Origin: Malacoraja senta
Lineage: Eukaryota
DNA length: 41,901 bases
Direction: 5' to 3'
Assembly (NCBI GenBank): GCA_038087875.1
Contig: JAXLNO010001219.1
Span: 62,001 to 103,901, forward strand
The position numbers were made by a program, and so were the translations under genes. The notes beneath the pieces are model-generated. The model was not told where the DNA came from. It did not search any database and saw only the letters and a list, made by a program, of their open reading frames with translations. Below, one piece after another: positions 19,265-31,200 of this stretch (positions are counted from its first letter, which is position 1; every line of letters starts with the position of its first letter).

Positions 19265-22200
19265 GTGAGTGAAAGCCAGATCCTGATATTCCAATGATCA
19301 ATGTTATTTGGCGTCCCATGCACCCTTTTCACAGCAGAGATAGTTAAGTATGTGTAGACATGTAATGGGGGAGGTGCAACTCAGTGCATTGTGGTGATGG
19401 ATCTGAAATCACATTTGAATATCTAGACTATGTTCGTAGTTTAATCACTGTTGGCACTTGGTCTAATAGCATCCTGATGATAGTTTATAGGCATAAAATA
19501 GCAAATGAATTTGGAGCAGATACTCCAAGATACCTGGACCGGACATAGGTTGCAGCATCACCAGGAAGTTAATTCTACACTTTTGAAATGTGTTTACAAC
19601 TTAGGGGGGAGTCGGGATTGTGGACTCATTGTGTCAGTTCAAATATTCCCTGCATTTGTCCAACTCAACTCTGTCGCAAACCCAACAATCCCCCGGAGTC
19701 TGAGACTGAACCACTGTCCTCGCCCTATCCACCTACCCCCAACTCTCTCTCCATCCTCTTTCCAATCCGCAACCAAGTCGCGCTGAAATGCAAGTTCAGT
19801 TTATTGTCACGTGTACCGAGGTACAGTGAAAAGCTTTTTCTTGCGTGCTAACCAGCCAGATACATGATTATAATCGATCCTCTTACAGTGCATAGATACA
19901 TGAAAGGGAAATAAAGTTTAGTGTAAGGTAAAGCCAGCGAAGTCCGATCAAGGGTAGTCCGAGGGTCTCCAAAGAGGTAGATAGTTCAGCACTGCTCTCT
20001 GGTTGTGGTAGGATGATTCCGATGTCTGAGTACAACTGCGAAGGAACTGTCCCCGAATCTGGCGGTGTGCGTTTTCACGCTAATAACGCTCTCCGATAAT
20101 GTACCCGCTTTATTGTAGTTCGTCCGTCCTCTGTGTCCTCAGTCAGGGCTTTGTAAAGGCAGTGAATGTCTAAACACGGGTCCGCCTTTCCGCGGCCGGG
20201 TGGGACTACAGGGGTACCAGGCGCTGTTCGCGGGCACCTGGGGGATTTCCGGGACATCTGGGCACCGCCTGGGGTTGAATACATCCTTGACAAGTATTGT
20301 AACATAGTTGTATAGTTGTTTATTTCGTTTATTTGTTTCTCTTGTATTATGGTGGTGGGTTCTGTTTTGTTTTATTGTATCGTAAGTATTATTTTCAATA
20401 ATTAAATTAATTATTTGATAATATTTTTAAAAAAACACGGGTCCGGCCCAGTGTCGGTTGAGAGATGAATGTTGGCAGCGCAGCCGGCGGCACCGCCAAT
20501 TAAATAGCAAAGTGGGTGCTATTTAATTAAATAGCCTGTGATTGTTGGAAGGCAGCTCCTGCAACACTGCCGCGCTCCCTCAGAACCGCACTGCGATCCC
20601 AGCCCAGTTTCTGCTCAGGGATCTGGAGTGGGAAGTGAACCCAAATTGTACTGACCCGCGGACAGAACATTGACACAACTGGTACAATAACAGCACTGTC
20701 TGCACTTCAGACCGGAGACATTGGTCGTGAAGCAATATGACACATTATGGAACGTTTTACGTTTTCTTTCATGTAATCTTCAAAATGTATCAATTCTGGG
20801 TAAATATTTTTAGTATAATATCTAAAGTGACCAGCACACAAGTGGACCCGGATCCAAAATTTATAATACTCGGAACATCAGAATTAAATCAAACATTTAC
20901 AACAACACAAAGAAACTTTATTGATTATAGTATAATAACAGGAAAAAATTTAATTCTAAAATTTTGGAAAGGCCCTACGGCCCCCACAATCAAAATGTGG
21001 ATTATAGAAATGACGGTGACCTTAAACGTGGAAAGAATCAGATTTTCCCTGTTGGACAAACAGGAATTATTCGTTGGAACATGGTCTCCCTTTATTGATT
21101 ATTTAAAGGGTCAGAATGGTTCAGCACGGGAACCTGACTAATGCTCGGGCTAAAGAATGGATGAAATGTTATACTCTGAAATGTACGAATATATCTCGAA
21201 TTAAGTTTTTTATTTTAATAATTTTTTCCATTCTTCTTTAACTATCTTTCTCTTTTTTTTTTGTTTTTTGTTTTGTTTTTTGTTTTTTTTGTTTGTTTTT
21301 TTCTCTTTTTCTTCTCTCTCTTTTCTTTCTTTACTTCATCTATCTTTTTAGTTCTATCTAGTTAAAAAAAAAAAAAAAAAAGACAAAAGGTATTGGAGAC
21401 AATGTAATAATAATGGATAATATTATCAATTCAAAAATGTAAGCCTGTAATGATGTTAATAGGTTATGTACTTATCTCCAATAAAAAATATTTTCCAAAA
21501 AAAACAAAATGTATCAATTACCATTAAACAGTTAATTTGCTCTCCATCTGAAAGTTTCTCCGCTCAGTTTCAGGTGCAGTGTGGGCAAAGTGGGAAGTAA
21601 AAGGAGTTGTGGGAAGAGAGATCACAATCGATTGTCACTATGCAGCAGAGTACCGCTCACACACAAAATACTGGTGCCGTGGGAGGAGTCGATCGTGTAG
21701 AGTTTTAGTGGAAACAAATGGGCAACACGGACGGAGTGGAAGAGTGTCAATCACAGATAACCCGGCTCGAGGAATATTTACTGTGACTGTGGAGGATCTT
21801 CACTCTGAAGATACAGGATGGTACAGCTGTGGAATTTCAACATCAGCCGACCATCCAATATTTAACGTTTTACTCGAAGTATCTGACGGTATGTTTCGCA
21901 GCGAATGACTTGACGTCTCCAGCAGAAAGACAATACAGGATTACAATCGATCCTCTTACAGTGCATAGATACATGAAAAGGAAATTACGTTTAGTGTAAG
22001 GCGAATCCAGCAAAGTCCGATCAAGGGTAGTCCGAGGGTCATCAAAGAGATAGATAGTTCCGCACTACTCTCTGGATGTGGTAGGATGATTCAGATGCCT
22101 GACAACAGCTGTGAAGAAATTGTCCCCGAATCTGGCGGTGTGCGTGTTCACGCTAGTAACGCTCTCCGGTAAGGGACCTGGAGGTGGGTGGTGAGTGGGC

Positions 22201-25200
22201 GAGTGGTGAGTGGGTGAGTGGTTGGGTGAGTGGGCAGATGCATGGCAGATGAAGTTTAATGTGGATAAATGTGAGTTTATCCACTTTAGTAGCAAAATCA
22301 GGAAGGCAGATTATTATCTGAATGTTGTCAGGTTGGGAGAAGGGGAAGTACAAAGAGATCTGGGGGTCCTTGTTCATCACTCACTGAAAGTAAGCATGCA
22401 GGTACAGCAGGCAGTGAAGAAAGCTAGTGGCATGTTGACCTTAATAACAAGAGGAGTTGAGTACAGGAGCAAAGAAGTCCTTCTGCAGTTGTACATGGCC
22501 CCAGTGAGACCACACCTGGATTATTGTTTGCAGTTTTGATCTCCAAATTTGAGGAAGGACCTTCTTGCTATCGAGGGAGTGCAGTGTATGTTGAGGGAGT
22601 GCAACAAGGTTAATTCCCGGGATGGCGGGACTGTCATCTGTTGATTGAATGGTGCGGCTGCGCTTGTATACTCAGGAATTTAGAAGGATGAGATGGGATG
22701 TTATTGAAAAATATAAGATTATTAAGGGATTGGACACGCGAGAGGCAGGAAACATTTTCCCGATATTAAGAATAATGGATAGGCCATTTAGAACGGAGAT
22801 GAGGAAAAACGTTTTCACCCAGAGAGTTGTGAATCTGTGGAATTATCTGCCTCAGAAGGCAGTGGAGGCCGATTCACTGGATGCATTGAAAAGAGAGTTA
22901 GATAGAGCGCTTTGGGCTTGCGGAATCAAGGGGTATGCGGAAAGGCAGGAACGGGGTACTGATTGTGGATGATCAGCCATGAACACATTGAATAGCGGTG
23001 CTGGCTCGAAGGGCTGAATGGCCTACACCTGCACCTATTGCCTATGTATCTATGTATCTCTTTATCTATGTCTGTATCTACAGTTCCTTGTGTCTCCACC
23101 TCTGATATTGAAAAGCAAGACCAATCAAATATTCAGCAAGAGAACACTATACCCGTTGGAGTAACTGGGCGCAGTGGTTTCCTGATGATTGTTATCGGGT
23201 GTTACATTTGTATTTGAAGTGAACCCTACTGATGTTAACGACTCACGAATAGATTTAGGTTCTGTTGATATAAGGAAATAAAGGACAATTAAAGATAGAC
23301 AAAAAAATGCTGGATTAACTCAGCGAGACAGGCAGCATCGCTGGAGAGAATGAATGGGTAACGTTTCGGGTCTGAGCATGGGTCTCGACCCGAAACGTCA
23401 GAGCGAGAGAGTTAGATGGAGCTCTAAAAGATAGCGGCGCCATGGGATATGGTGAGAAGGTATGAACGGGGTACTGATTGTGGATAATCAGCCATGGTCA
23501 TAGTGAATGTCGGTGCTGGCTCGAAGGGCCGAATGGCCTACTCCTACCACAGTTGTCTCTTATCTCTTGACCAGCTTTATTGTAACCCGTCTGTCCTCCG
23601 TTCTCAGTCAGGGCTATGTAAAAGCAGTGGCGGCGGTGAATGCCTAAACACGGGTCCGGCCCAGTGTCGGTTGAGAGATGAATGTTGGCAGCGTAGCCGG
23701 CGGCACCGCCAATGAAATAGCAAAGTGAGGTCTTTCTGCAGGGTGAGAGGCCGGGCACCGCCTGAGATTGTTGAAAGGCAGCTCCTGCAACACTGCCGCG
23801 CTCCCTCAGTACCGCACTGCGATCCCAGCCCAGTTTCTGCTCAGGGATCTGGAGTAGGAAGTGAACCCTAATTGTACTGACCAGGGGACAGAACACTGAC
23901 ACAACAGGTACAATAACAGCACTGCCTGCACTTCATACCGGAGACATTGGCCGTGAAGCAATATGACACATCATGGAACGATTTAAGTTTTCTTGCATGT
24001 TTTCTTCAAAATGTATCTATTTCCATTAAACAGTTCATTTGTTCTCCATCTGAAAGTTTCTCCCCTCCAATTCAGCTGCAGTGTGGGGAGAGACGTATGT
24101 AACAGGAGTTGTGGGAAGAGCGATCACAATCTATTGTCACTATGAAGCAGAGTACCGCTCACACACAAAATACTGGTGCCGTGTGCAGAATCGGCAATGT
24201 ACAGATATGATGGAAACAAATGGGCAACACGGACGGAGTGGAAGAGTGTCAATCACAAATAACCCGGCACGAGGAATATTTACTTTGACTGTGGAGGATC
24301 TTCACTCTGGAGATACAGGATGGTACAGGTGTGGAATTACAACATCTAACGGCCGTTCAATGTTAAACGTAGAACTCCAAGTATCTGACGGTACGTTTCT
24401 CAGCGATTGACTTGTCGTCTGCACTGAAAGGCCTGATCTATGTTTTCTCCGGGAAGGGTCAGGGCAGCACCGATATCCCGAGGCTCCGCAGCAGTGCAGA
24501 GACCTGCGGGGAGCGGGCGGGGGTCGGGAAACCGCACTCATTTTGCTCTCACCCTGAGCGGGCTCTGCCCCACTGAGCGGCCACCCACTTAGAAACATAG
24601 AAACATAGAAAATAGGTGCAGGAGGAGGCCATTCGGCCTTTCGAGCCAGCACCGCCATTTGTTGCTATCATGGCTGATCGTCCCCAATCAATGACCTGTG
24701 CCAGCCTTCTCCCCATATCCCTTGATTCCACTAGACCCTGGAGCTCTATCTGACTCTCTCTTAAATCCATCCAGTGATTTGGCCTCCACTGTCCTCTGTG
24801 GCAGGGAATGCCACAAATTCACAACTCTCTGGGTGAAAACGTTTTTTCTCACCTCAGTCTTAAATGGCCTCCCCTTTATTCTAAGTGTGGCCCCTGGTTC
24901 TGGACTCGCCCAACATTGGGAACATTTTTCCTGCATCTAGCTTGTCCAGTCCTTTTATAATGTTATGTGTTTCTATAAGACCCCCCTCAAACTTCTAAAC
25001 TCCAGTGAATACAAGCCTAGTCTTTTCAATCTTTCCTCATAAGACAGTCCCGCCATCCCAGGGATCAATCTCGTGAACCTATGCTGCACTGCCTCAATCA
25101 CAAGGATGTCCTTCCACAAATTAGGAGACCAAAACTGTACGCAATACTCCAGATGTGGTCTTTCCAGAGCCCTATACAACTGCAGAAGAACCTCTGTACT

Positions 25201-28200
25201 CCTATACTGAAATTCTCTTGTTATGAAGGCCAACATTCCATTAGCTTTCTTCACTGCCTGCTGTACCTGCAAGCCAACTTTCAGTGACCGGTGTACAAGG
25301 ACACCTAGGTCTCGCTGCGCCTCCCCCTTACCTAACCTAACCCCGTTTTGATAATAATCTGCCCCCTTGTTTTTGCCACCAAAGTGGATAACCTCACATT
25401 TATCTATATTATACTGCCACGCATCTGCCCACTCACTCAACCTGGTCACCCTGCAACCTGCTAACATCCTCTTCATAGTTCACACTGCCATCCAGCTTTG
25501 TGTCATCCGCAAACTTGCTAGTGTTGCTCCTAATTCCCTCTTCCAAATCATTAATATAAATGGTAAACAGTTGCGGCCCCAACACCGAGCCTAGCGGCAC
25601 TCCATTCGCCACTGCCTGCCATTCTGAAAAGGACCCGTTCACTCCTACTCTTTACTTCCTGTCTGCCAACCAATCTTCTATCCACGTCAACACCCTACCC
25701 CCAATACCATGCGCTCTAATTGTAGTCACCAGTCTCCCGGGCGGGTACTTATCAAAGGCTTTCTGAAAGTCTAGATACACTACATCCACTGGCTCCCCTT
25801 CATCCATTTTACTTGTCACATCCTCAAAAAAATCCAGAAGATTACATAGATACATAGAAAATAGGTGCAGGAGTAGGCCATTCGGCCCTCCGAGCCTGCA
25901 CCGCCATTCAATATGATCATGGCTGATCATCCAACTCAGTATCCCGTACCTGCCTTCTCTCCATACCCCCTGATCCCTTTAGCCACAAGGGCCACATCTA
26001 ACTCCCTCTTAAATATAGCCAATGAACTGGCCTCAACTACCCTCTGTGGCAGAGAGTTCCAGAGATTCACCACTCTCTGTGTGAAAAAGTTTTTCCTCAT
26101 CTCGGTCTTAAAGGATTTCCCCCTTATCCTTAAGCTGTGACCCCTTGTCCTGGACTTCCCCAACATCGGGAACAATCTTCCTGCATCTAGCCTGTCCAAC
26201 CCCATAAGAATTTTGTACGTTTCTATAAGATCCCCTCTCAATCTCCTAAATTCTAGCGAGTATAAGCCAAGTCTATCCAGTCTTTCTTCATATGAAAGTC
26301 CTGACATCCCAGGAATCAGTCTGGTGAACCTTCTCTGCACTCCGTCTATGGCTATAATGTCCTTCCACTTGAAGTGTGTCGAGCATGATTTTCCTTTCAT
26401 AAATCCATGCTGACTTGGACTAATCCTTTTACTGCTATCCAAATGCCCCATTATTACCTCTTTAATAATTGACACCAGCATCTTTCCCACCACCGAAGTC
26501 AGGCTAACTGGTCTGTAATTCCCCGTTTTCTCTCTCGCTCCTTTTTTGAAAAGTGGAATTTAACTTCTCTTTCACTTCACTTTTCACTTCAAGTGGAATG
26601 CTCAGCACATTTCCCTTCCTCTGAACTGTATGAAATGTCACCCTGTCAGAAGTTTGCATTCCGACTCAAAATAATAATCCGACTGATCAGTGAGAACAAG
26701 TGTTGCTCGCGGACTGAATACCCCGAGAGTTTTTAAAAAATCAGTCCCCAGAGCTCAATAGAGTGCGTTCAGTCCTCCCGGGGTAGGCCATCCCTCTTCC
26801 CGCCCCCATCTCAGGGACCAGTCATTCCCTCCCAAACCCCGCGCTCTCTCTCTCTCCCTCTGCCCCGTCAATGCGCCCCCATCCCCAGCAGCCACTGTCC
26901 ACCCACCGCCCGGCAGTCAGCCAACCTCTCCACCCGGACATTTCCCCGATGTTAAGCAGAATAAACTCATCTTTCACCACATCAGCCGTCGCACACAACA
27001 CATAATCATCCAACATTATCGCCACCTGCAACGGGATCCCACTACTAGACATATATTTCCATCTCCACCGCTTTCTGCTTTCCGAAGAGACCGTTCCTTC
27101 CGTAACTCCCTGGTCAACGTCCACCCTCCCCCCCCCCCAAAAAAAAACATCCCCTCCCCAAGTACCTTCCCCGACAACTGCAGGAGATAGATCACCTGTC
27201 TCGATACCTCCTTCCTCTATTCCGTCCAAGGTCTCCAACAATCTTTTCGGGTGAGGATTGACTTGCATCTCCTCCAAGCTCACCTACTACATCCGCTGTT
27301 GCAGGTGTGAACTACTATATATCGGCTAGACCAAGCGCAGACTCGTCGATCGTTTCGCTGACTAACTCCGCTCAGTCTGCTCCTGGACCTCCTCCACTAT
27401 CCAACGTAAATAGGAGGAAAAGCACCTGGGCAACTTACAACCCATCGTTTGAATCTTGACTTCTCTAACTTCAAGGAACCCTTGCTTTACTCCTGTCCCC
27501 ATCCCGCCACCATCCTAGCTCTCCAGTTAGTTGCACAGTCAAACTGATTTTCTTTTACTTATTGTATGCCTCGTTGTCACCTTCCCTTCAGCTCACAATG
27601 ATCCATTGTCCATTTTATTTTCACCTTTGATCAGTTGTTTTCACACCTTACCTGTCCATTTATCTTCTGTCTCCCTGTCCCATGATTCTCAGGCTGAAGG
27701 TGGGTCTCGACCCGAAACGTCACCCATTCCTTCTTTCGAGAGATGCTGCCTGCTCCGTTGCGTTACTCCAGCATTTTGTGTCTATCTTAAAGGGATCGTA
27801 ATTCGTTTTCCACAGCAGAGATGGTTAAGTGTGTGTAGACATGTAATGGGGGAAATGGAACTCGGTGCATTGTGGTGATGGATCTGAAATCACACTTGAA
27901 TATCTACACAATGTTCGTAGTTTAACCACTGTTGACACATGGTCGAATTGCATCATGATGATAAATGAAAGGCTTAAAATAGCGAATGAATTTGAAGCAG
28001 ATACTGCAAGACACCTGGACCGAAGGTTCCAACGTCATCAGTAAGTTAATTCTACACTTTTAAAATGTGTTTACCAAGGAGGTGGAAGTCAGGATTGTGG
28101 ACTCATTGTGTCAGTTCAAACATTCCCAGCATTTGTCCGGCTCAACTCTGTCGCAAACCCAACAATTCCCCGGTGTCTGAGACTGAACCACTGTCCTCGC

Positions 28201-31200
28201 TCTATCCACCCACCCCAACTCTTTCTCCATCATCTCTCCAATCCGCGGCCCAGTCGTGCTGAATTGTCCAGGGCGAGCCGGGGTCATGGGGAATAAAACC
28301 TGTCCCAGATGAGCAGCGGGACATTGGGCTCACAATTCAGTTTAGTTTATTGTCACGAGTACCGAGGTACAGTGAATCTGGCGGAGTGTGTTTTCACGCT
28401 AGTAGCGTTCTCCAGCAAGGGACCCGCTTTATTGTAACCCGTCCGTACTCTGTACTCAGTCAGGGCGTTGTAAACACAGTGGCTGCGGTGAATTTCTAAA
28501 CACGGGTCCGGCCCAGTGTCGGTTGAGAGATGAATGCTGGCAGCGCCGACACTGAAATAGCAAAGTGAGGTATTTCTGTAGGGTGAGAGGCCGGGCACCG
28601 CCTGGGATTGTTGAAAGGCAGCTCCTGCAACACTGCCGCGCTCCCTCAGTACCGCACTGCGATCCCAGCCCAGTTTCTGCGCAGGGATCTGGAGTGGGAA
28701 GTGAACCCTAATTGTACTGACCCGGGGACAGAACACTGACACAACTGGTACAATAACAGCACTGCCTGCACTTCAGACCGGAGACATTGGCCGTGAAGCA
28801 AAATGACACATCATGGAACGATTATGTTTTTCATGTAATCTTCAAAATGTATATATTTCCATTAAACAGTTCATTTGCTCTCCATCTGAAAGTTTTTCCC
28901 CTCCCTTTCAGCTGCAGTGTGGGGAGAGAGGAATTTAACAGGAGTTGTGGGAAGAGCCATCACAATCGATTGTCACTATGCAGCAGAGTTCCGCTCACAG
29001 GCTAAATACTGGTGCCGTGGGCAGAGTCGCCAATGTACAGATATGGTGGAAACAAATGGGCAACACGGACGGAGTGGAAGAGTGTCAATCACCGATATAC
29101 CGGCACTAAGAATATTTACTATGACTGTGGAAGATCTTCACTCTGGAGATACAGGATGGTACAGCTGTGGAATCACAGCACCTGCCGACCATTCAATGTT
29201 TAACGTATATCTCCAAGTATCTGACGGTACGTTTCGCAGCGATTGACTTAATGTCTCCACTGAAAAGCCTGATCCATGTTTTCTCCGGGAAGGGTCAGGG
29301 CAGCACCGATATCTCGAGGCTCCGCAGCAGTGCAGAGGCCTGCGGGGAGCGGGCGAGGGTCGGGAAACCCCACTCATGTTTGCTCTCACCCAGTGCGGGC
29401 TCTGTCCCATTGAGCGGCCACCCACTTCAAGACACTCAACACATTACCCTGCCTCTGAATTGTATGAAATATCACCCTGTCAGAGGTTTGCATTCCGACA
29501 AACTAATAACCCGACAGATCAGTGAGAAACAAGTGTTGCTCGCCGTCTGAATACCCGGAGAATCATAAACAGGGAATCAGTCCCCAGAGCTCCACAGACT
29601 GCGTTCAGTCCCCAGGTACCTTCCCCTACAACTGCAGGAGATGCAACACCAGTCACTATATATCCCCCCTTTACTCCATCCATGGGCCTCAACAGTCTTT
29701 TCGGGTGAGGCAGACGTTCACTTGCATCTCCTCTAACCTCATCTACTCTATCCGCTGTTCCAGGTGTGAACAAGCGGATATAGTAGATGGGAGACCAAGC
29801 GCAGACTCGGCGATCGTTTCGCTGAACAACTCCGCTCAGTCTGCCTCGGCCTACGCTACATCCCGATTGCTAAACACTTTTATTCCCCCTCCCATTCCCA
29901 AACTGAACTTTCCGTCCTGGACCTCCTCCAGTGCCAGAGTGAGGCCAAAGGCAAATTGGAAAATCAGCGCCTCATATTTCGCTTGGGCAGCTTACAACCC
30001 AGCGGTTTGAATATTGACATCTCTAACTTCAAGTAACCCTTGCTTTACTCCTTTCCATCCCGCCCCCATCCGAAACCTCCAATTAGATTCACCTGATAAT
30101 ATTTTACTGATTGTATGCCTCGTTGTCACCTTCCCTTCAGCTGACAATGATTCATTCTACATTTCCCTTTAACATTGTCACCTTTGATCACTTGTTTTAA
30201 CATCTTACCCTTCCATTTCTCTTCTGTCACCCAGAACATGACTGTCAGGCTGGAGAAGGGTCTCGATCCGAAACTTCACCCACTCCTTCTCTCGAGAGAT
30301 GCTGCCTGCTCCGCTGAGTTCCCCCAGTATTTTGTGTCTCTCTTAAAGCGATCGTAATTAGTTTTCGCGATTAAATTACAAGGCATTGAATTGTGTTTTT
30401 GGCACGCTGGTCTTCATCAGTGAGAACATTCAGAATATAATTTGAGATAATATGCTTCAGACGTGCAGATGTTCAGTCCACACTTTGGGAATTGTGTTCA
30501 GCTTCAGTCACTCAACTCCAAGAAAAGTTGAGATGGACAGCGTGCAGAAAGGTTTAAGGGCGACGTTGCCTGGACAGGATGGGATTGACGCAGGGAGCGA
30601 TTGGACAAACTCAGACTTCATTCCTTAGTGTGGAAATGATTGAGAGAGGAACTTATAGAAATGTATCAATCACGAGAAGCATGTTCATTTTCCCACGATG
30701 TGTGGAATCAAAAAGTGGAGGACAGAGGTAATGGGAACTATTTAAAGAGGGAGGAATAGTAAGGTGCAATTGACCATAATGTCATGTTTTGTACAGATGA
30801 GTGGCCGAAGCTGAACACAATTCGCACAAGTTCGACCTCAACAACATATGTACAACTGAAACATAACATCCCAACATATGTTCTGAGGAACAACATTTTC
30901 CACACATTGGGTAATATGTACATGGAACCTGCTGCCAGGGGAAGTTGTTGAGGCAGTTAGAATAGCAGCATTTAAAATAAATTTTGGATATTTGCGTAGA
31001 TTGGGATCATTGCGAGTGATAAATGAGAAACGCGGACATATGGAAATGTCATAGAAAGACATGTTGGTCGGCATTAATGAGCTGTTGTGATGGGCATCTT
31101 TCGTTTCTCTATAACTCTAACCTTCTTCGGTTTCTGCGCTTCGCACACTCCCAGAGATGTAGATGAGCCGGTGAGGTATCAACCGGACGGTTCGGGCTGA

